DNA of 64,000 nucleotides from an uncultured Thermodesulfobacteriota bacterium (GTDB taxonomy: Bacteria; Desulfobacterota; WTBG01; CAIYCZ01; CAIRTM01): assembly GCA_964621615.1 (NCBI GenBank), contig CAZUMW010000001.1, positions 28,464 to 92,463 on the forward strand, given 5' to 3'. The notes beneath the pieces were generated by a model. It made no database searches, was not told the origin of the DNA, and saw only the letters and a program-made list of their open reading frames with translations. This document shows, one piece after another, positions 60,489 to 64,000 of this stretch (its first letter is position 1; every line of letters begins with the position of its first letter). Position numbers and translations under genes: made by a program.

Positions 60489-61385
60489 CTAGAAATAGCA
60501 GCCCAGGGCCAGGGCAAAATAGTGGCCCGTTAAATCAATGTCCATTCGCTGGCTTTTGGTCACATCGATTCCCAGAGGTCTCCCGCCCAGTTGCAGCCCG
60601 TCCGTAAGGTGCATGCTGGAATGACCCTTGAGCCGGTTCCATATAAGAAATGTCGAAAAGGTGACGACCCATCCCTTCAGCCGCGGTGTGGCATTCCCCA
60701 GGTCCAGGTTGAAGCCGGTCATAAGCTTGGTGGCCCACTCGCCACCGTTCCAGTTGTTTCTGATCCGGTTATAAAAAAGGTTTTTCCTGCGGAGCTTAAA
60801 GACCGACTCGCTTCTGAAAAATGTATATCCGAAACCAATTGCAATGAACGGTTCAAAAATATGGCCGGCCTCATATACGCCGTTTACGTCTGTTGTAAGG
60901 GGGTAAAAATAAAGGTTGGACCACAGCTCAAGGACTGTGTATCGCTGCCGCATTCGGATGCCCATCTCAAAGGGCGTCCCCTTAAAGCCGCTGCTGGAGG
61001 AAAGCAGCGAGCCTGAGGAAAAAGCGGCCGCGACATCGATTTTAAAATATTTTGAGAGATCCTTCCACAAAACAAGATCAAGCGTTTGAATCGTTATGGT
61101 GTCCCAGTCTCTCAGGCTGCTGCCGGTGAGCCGGTTGATGTCCCCGATCATGTGGTTGGCATTGGTAAGCTTGGGATGGCAGTTTGTGCTTTGAAGCTTA
61201 ACCCCGTCAAAGAAGGGAATTTCAAAATGCGGGTCTCTCCCGTTTTTGTCTTCGACGCCGTTTGCCGGTCCGCTGCCGCCATAAGCGCTCGGCCGGGGAT
61301 CGGATAATACACATAAAAACGCAAGCAGGATGACAGCTGTGAAGGTGAAATATTTTATGGCGGGCTCCTTTTTCAGTTTTTTCAT
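60489..61385 (-). CDS. putative outer-membrane beta-barrel protein
   Basis: Signal peptide after MKKLKK. C-terminal ...GCYF aromatic terminus typical of OMPs. No family. Confidence 0.4.
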   Translation of the reverse strand: MKKLKKEPAIKYFTFTAVILLAFLCVLSDPRPSAYGGSGPANGVEDKNGRDPHFEIPFFDGVKLQSTNCHPKLTNANHMIGDINRLTGSSLRDWDTITIQTLDLVLWKDLSKYFKIDVAAAFSSGSLLSSSSGFKGTPFEMGIRMRQRYTVLELWSNLYFYPLTTDVNGVYEAGHIFEPFIAIGFGYTFFRSESVFKLRRKNLFYNRIRNNWNGGEWATKLMTGFNLDLGNATPRLKGWVVTFSTFLIWNRLKGHSSMHLTDGLQLGGRPLGIDVTKSQRMDIDLTGHYFALALGCYF

Positions 61386-61437
61386 AAATATCAATTCCGG
61401 ATCGGGGGCAGACCGGTAGGACACAAAAGCAGCAGCC

Positions 61438-63429
61438 CTAATGCGGCTTTTCAAAGCGGGTGTCGTGATATCCGCCCGGGTCATTGACGTTGTCCAGGGC
61501 GCTGCGAACCATCTCTGCCATATCCCGCATCACAAACGGTTTGTGTATTATCGCTCGAAGGCCCATTGATTCGGCCCTCATCTCTTCGGCTTCATTGCTT
61601 GCACCTGAACAGAGCAAAACAGGCACCATGGGGCGAATTTTAAAGACTTCCTCCGCGAGCTCGAACCCCGTCATCCCGGGCATGTTTTTGTCTGTAATCA
61701 CTAAATCGAATTGAGACGGATCAATTCGAAATCGCTCCAGTGCCTCAAAGGGGTCAGTTACCGTATCCACCCGGTACCCGAACTCCTCGAGCATCTCAAA
61801 GGCAATATCCGCGACCGCCCTTTCGTCATCAACAAAAAGCAGCCGCTCGCTGCCCCCCCGCGGCATCGGCCCGGACTGCTCCTGTGCAGACGTGCCTGCG
61901 TTTTCCAGAACCGGGAAGAGCAGCTCAAAGACCGATCCGTGTCCCGGCCGGCTTTGAACGCGGATATCGCCGCCGTTGCTTTTCACGATTCCATGGGCTG
62001 CCGACAGGCCCAGCCCGGTTCCCTCCCCCGGACGCTTGGTTGAAAAAAAGGGATCAAAGATTCGCTGCCTGGTTGCCTCATCCATGCCGGTCCCTGTGTC
62101 TTTCACGCTGACACGAATATATGTTCCGCTTTGAAGGCAGCCCGCGTGGTCCCCGTTTCCATTGCCGAAGAATATATCGTCAACGATTACGTCCAGCGCC
62201 CCCCCCTTCCCGCTCATGGCATGGACGGCATTGGTGCATAGATTCATAAGAACCTGGTGTACCTGCGTGGGATCCGCCAGGATCATGTCTTTGGCTGTAT
62301 GAATTTCATAGGAGATAGTAATGTTTTTGGGCTGTGTTGCTTTCATGAGTTTGAGTGTCTCTTTGACAAGAGAAGACATGCTTACAGCGATGCGCTCCTG
62401 CTCCTGATGGCGACTGAAGGTCAGGATTTGCCTGATCAAATCTTTTGCCCGGCTGCTGGCCTGGATGATCTGCTGAAAACAGTATTTGATTCTGCTTTGA
62501 TCGATATTCTTTTTGTGCAGCCCTATCTCTGAATAACCCATGATGCCCGTGAGAATATTATTGAAATCGTGAGCGATCCCGCCCGCAAGCGTCCCGATAG
62601 CCTCCATTTTATGTGTATGCATCAGCTCCTGCTCCGCTTTCTTGCGCTCTTCCATTTCTCTCAGGAGCGCTTTGTTTTTTTCCTGGAGCTCGGCGGTGCG
62701 CTCCCGAACCCGCTGCTCAAGCTCGCGGTTGACCGCTTTTACTTTTTCCTGTTCCTGCTCAAGCAGCCGGGCCAGAAAGAAGTCCCTGCGCGCATAGAAC
62801 TCAATGGAATAACAGGCAAACATGCCGATTATGTTTGCGGTTATGAAGAAAAAGTTGTTGTTAATGAACATTGTTACGGGCGTGGTGCTCATGGCGGCAA
62901 CTTCATAGAACATCACTATTGCCCAACCTGCAGCGGATGCCCATATAAACCGGGCCTGCATTAATGTATATCCAAAAATAAATACAATGATAAGGCCGGC
63001 ATAGTAGGAAAAGGTGATCGGCGGCGGAGCGATAATAATCATATAAATGATACCCAGACCGGTCAGGAACATCATCAATGCAAAAACCGGCTGCATGAAT
63101 TTTTTAAAATTTTTATGAAAGCTCAGCAGCATGAGCCCGAAAAGGCCGGGACATATCCCGGCATAGCGGATCGTCCATAAACGGGCTTTCATCTCGGGAA
63201 CCAGAAATGCATCCAGTATCCCGAATATGACCCAGACAAAAATGGCCAGCACAAGCGATAACCGGAAAAGCGGCAGTGATTTGCGAAAGTAGTGCTCTAA
63301 AAATTTTGATTCAAGCTCTTCCGGAAATGAGAGCGTGAGCGGGTTTAATCGCATTTCGCGAATACCGGGAGTGGCAAAGAACAAAATGGATTCTTCTGAT
63401 TTCATCATAGCAATCTTCCGGTTTTGCAA
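61438..63429 (-). CDS. membrane-anchored hybrid sensor histidine kinase with C-terminal receiver
   Basis: About 6 N-terminal TM helices. Coiled coil. H-box GGIAHDFNNIL. HATPase. Receiver LLFVDDE. Confidence 0.8.
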   Translation of the reverse strand: MQNRKIAMMKSEESILFFATPGIREMRLNPLTLSFPEELESKFLEHYFRKSLPLFRLSLVLAIFVWVIFGILDAFLVPEMKARLWTIRYAGICPGLFGLMLLSFHKNFKKFMQPVFALMMFLTGLGIIYMIIIAPPPITFSYYAGLIIVFIFGYTLMQARFIWASAAGWAIVMFYEVAAMSTTPVTMFINNNFFFITANIIGMFACYSIEFYARRDFFLARLLEQEQEKVKAVNRELEQRVRERTAELQEKNKALLREMEERKKAEQELMHTHKMEAIGTLAGGIAHDFNNILTGIMGYSEIGLHKKNIDQSRIKYCFQQIIQASSRAKDLIRQILTFSRHQEQERIAVSMSSLVKETLKLMKATQPKNITISYEIHTAKDMILADPTQVHQVLMNLCTNAVHAMSGKGGALDVIVDDIFFGNGNGDHAGCLQSGTYIRVSVKDTGTGMDEATRQRIFDPFFSTKRPGEGTGLGLSAAHGIVKSNGGDIRVQSRPGHGSVFELLFPVLENAGTSAQEQSGPMPRGGSERLLFVDDERAVADIAFEMLEEFGYRVDTVTDPFEALERFRIDPSQFDLVITDKNMPGMTGFELAEEVFKIRPMVPVLLCSGASNEAEEMRAESMGLRAIIHKPFVMRDMAEMVRSALDNVNDPGGYHDTRFEKPH

Positions 63430-63707
63430 TAATAAGCCGGATAAGCCATTGCAAAAAAAACAAAAAAACCTCGTACAGGTTTTTTTAAGTTAATAATATT
63501 TTAGTACAAAAAAGTATAGGCTTAATAATTATCGGAAGAAAAAGTAAATTCTTAAAGGTAAATTTTAAATAGATGTCAAGCACACGTTTGGCAGGATTGT
63601 GCAGAATCGGTAAGGATAAAAAAGACCGGGAGGGCCGGTATCAGAGAAACAGCTCGGCCGGGGAGAAATCCGGTAACGTGTCGCGCACGACTGGGCTTCG
63701 ATGGTTT

Positions 63708-63992
63708 TTAACAAGCAGAAAGGTGCTTATACGGCATATCGTTATGCGGCAAGGGTTGACGGCTGTCCATTGCTTCGCCTGCGGTGCCGACAGCAATATT
63801 GTATATGCCCCATTTGTCCGTCGTGCATCGTATGTTATTGAACAAGGGTTCCATGAGCGCTTTCATTTCCGCTTCGGAGCGATACCTGAGCTTCCATGAA
63901 GTGCCGCTTGTCGTCTGGCACACTTTTTCCATCAGCTTACGGCTGGGGTTGTCAAGCTGATTGTCAACCAGAATTGTTCCATGCGGCCGCAA
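63708..63992 (-). CDS. hypothetical protein (possibly 5'-truncated by window end)
   Basis: ORF only. The upstream part may lie beyond position 64000. Confidence 0.2.
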   Translation of the reverse strand: MRPHGTILVDNQLDNPSRKLMEKVCQTTSGTSWKLRYRSEAEMKALMEPLFNNIRCTTDKWGIYNIAVGTAGEAMDSRQPLPHNDMPYKHLSAC

Positions 63993-64000
63993 AAGGGCTG

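Noticed and set aside
63430-63560. A/T-rich stretch with AACCTCGTACAGGTTTTTTT upstream of the hybrid kinase
   Set aside because: Only a short imperfect stem. Could be a weak bidirectional terminator but not convincing.
1-64000. Search for CRISPR arrays, rRNA and tRNA genes
   Set aside because: No regularly spaced short direct repeats were seen. No rRNA-like conserved stretches were seen. No convincing cloverleaf-like tRNA sequence was found in intergenic regions. A tRNAscan/Infernal run would be needed to exclude tRNAs fully.

Overview
High-GC bacterial chromosomal segment (by eye roughly 58-60% GC; no computation run). Gene content points to an anaerobic deltaproteobacterium-like (Desulfobacterota-type) host, which is inference only. 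The supporting content is: a CARDB / Myxococcus-type cysteine-rich-repeat giant surface protein, a 4-subunit 2-oxoacid:ferredoxin oxidoreductase, a BadF/BcrA-type activase-dehydratase fusion, CstA, and PAS hybrid histidine kinases. About 45 protein-coding genes are supportable, including polA, xthA, ubiE/menG, asnB-like, and an acyl-CoA carboxyltransferase. Long ORFs on the opposite strand of real genes are high-GC shadow ORFs and were rejected. No rRNA, tRNA or CRISPR array was recognised. The most interesting feature is a low-GC (roughly 40-45% by eye) island from about 7.56 to 13.68 kb. Within it: (1) the swappable C-terminal toxin tip of a 1969-aa Rhs/YD-repeat polymorphic toxin that unusually carries an N-terminal transglutaminase-like Cys-His domain; (2) a small membrane protein that is a candidate immunity gene, plus a second orphan immunity-like fragment; (3) an IS200-like Y1 (HuH) transposase fused to a DnaA-C-like HTH, flanked by 16-bp inverted repeats, with a truncated tandem duplicate; (4) a translationally coupled pair encoding a RecQ-family helicase fused to a ComF-type phosphoribosyltransferase domain, followed by a DprA (SLOG/Rossmann) homolog. 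This pair is a competence-machinery-like DNA-processing module in a non-canonical fused, mobile context. The island is bracketed by two copies of a ~105-nt intergenic repeat ending in an intrinsic-terminator hairpin; this repeat occurs four times in the window. Other notable loci are a 3027-aa secreted protein with two alpha/alpha-toroid modules, many CARDB domains, four PKD-like domains and a C-terminal choice-of-anchor-A domain, and a putative operon of carboxyltransferase, AsnB-like amidotransferase and a 1399-aa double activase / HgdB-like dehydratase fusion.
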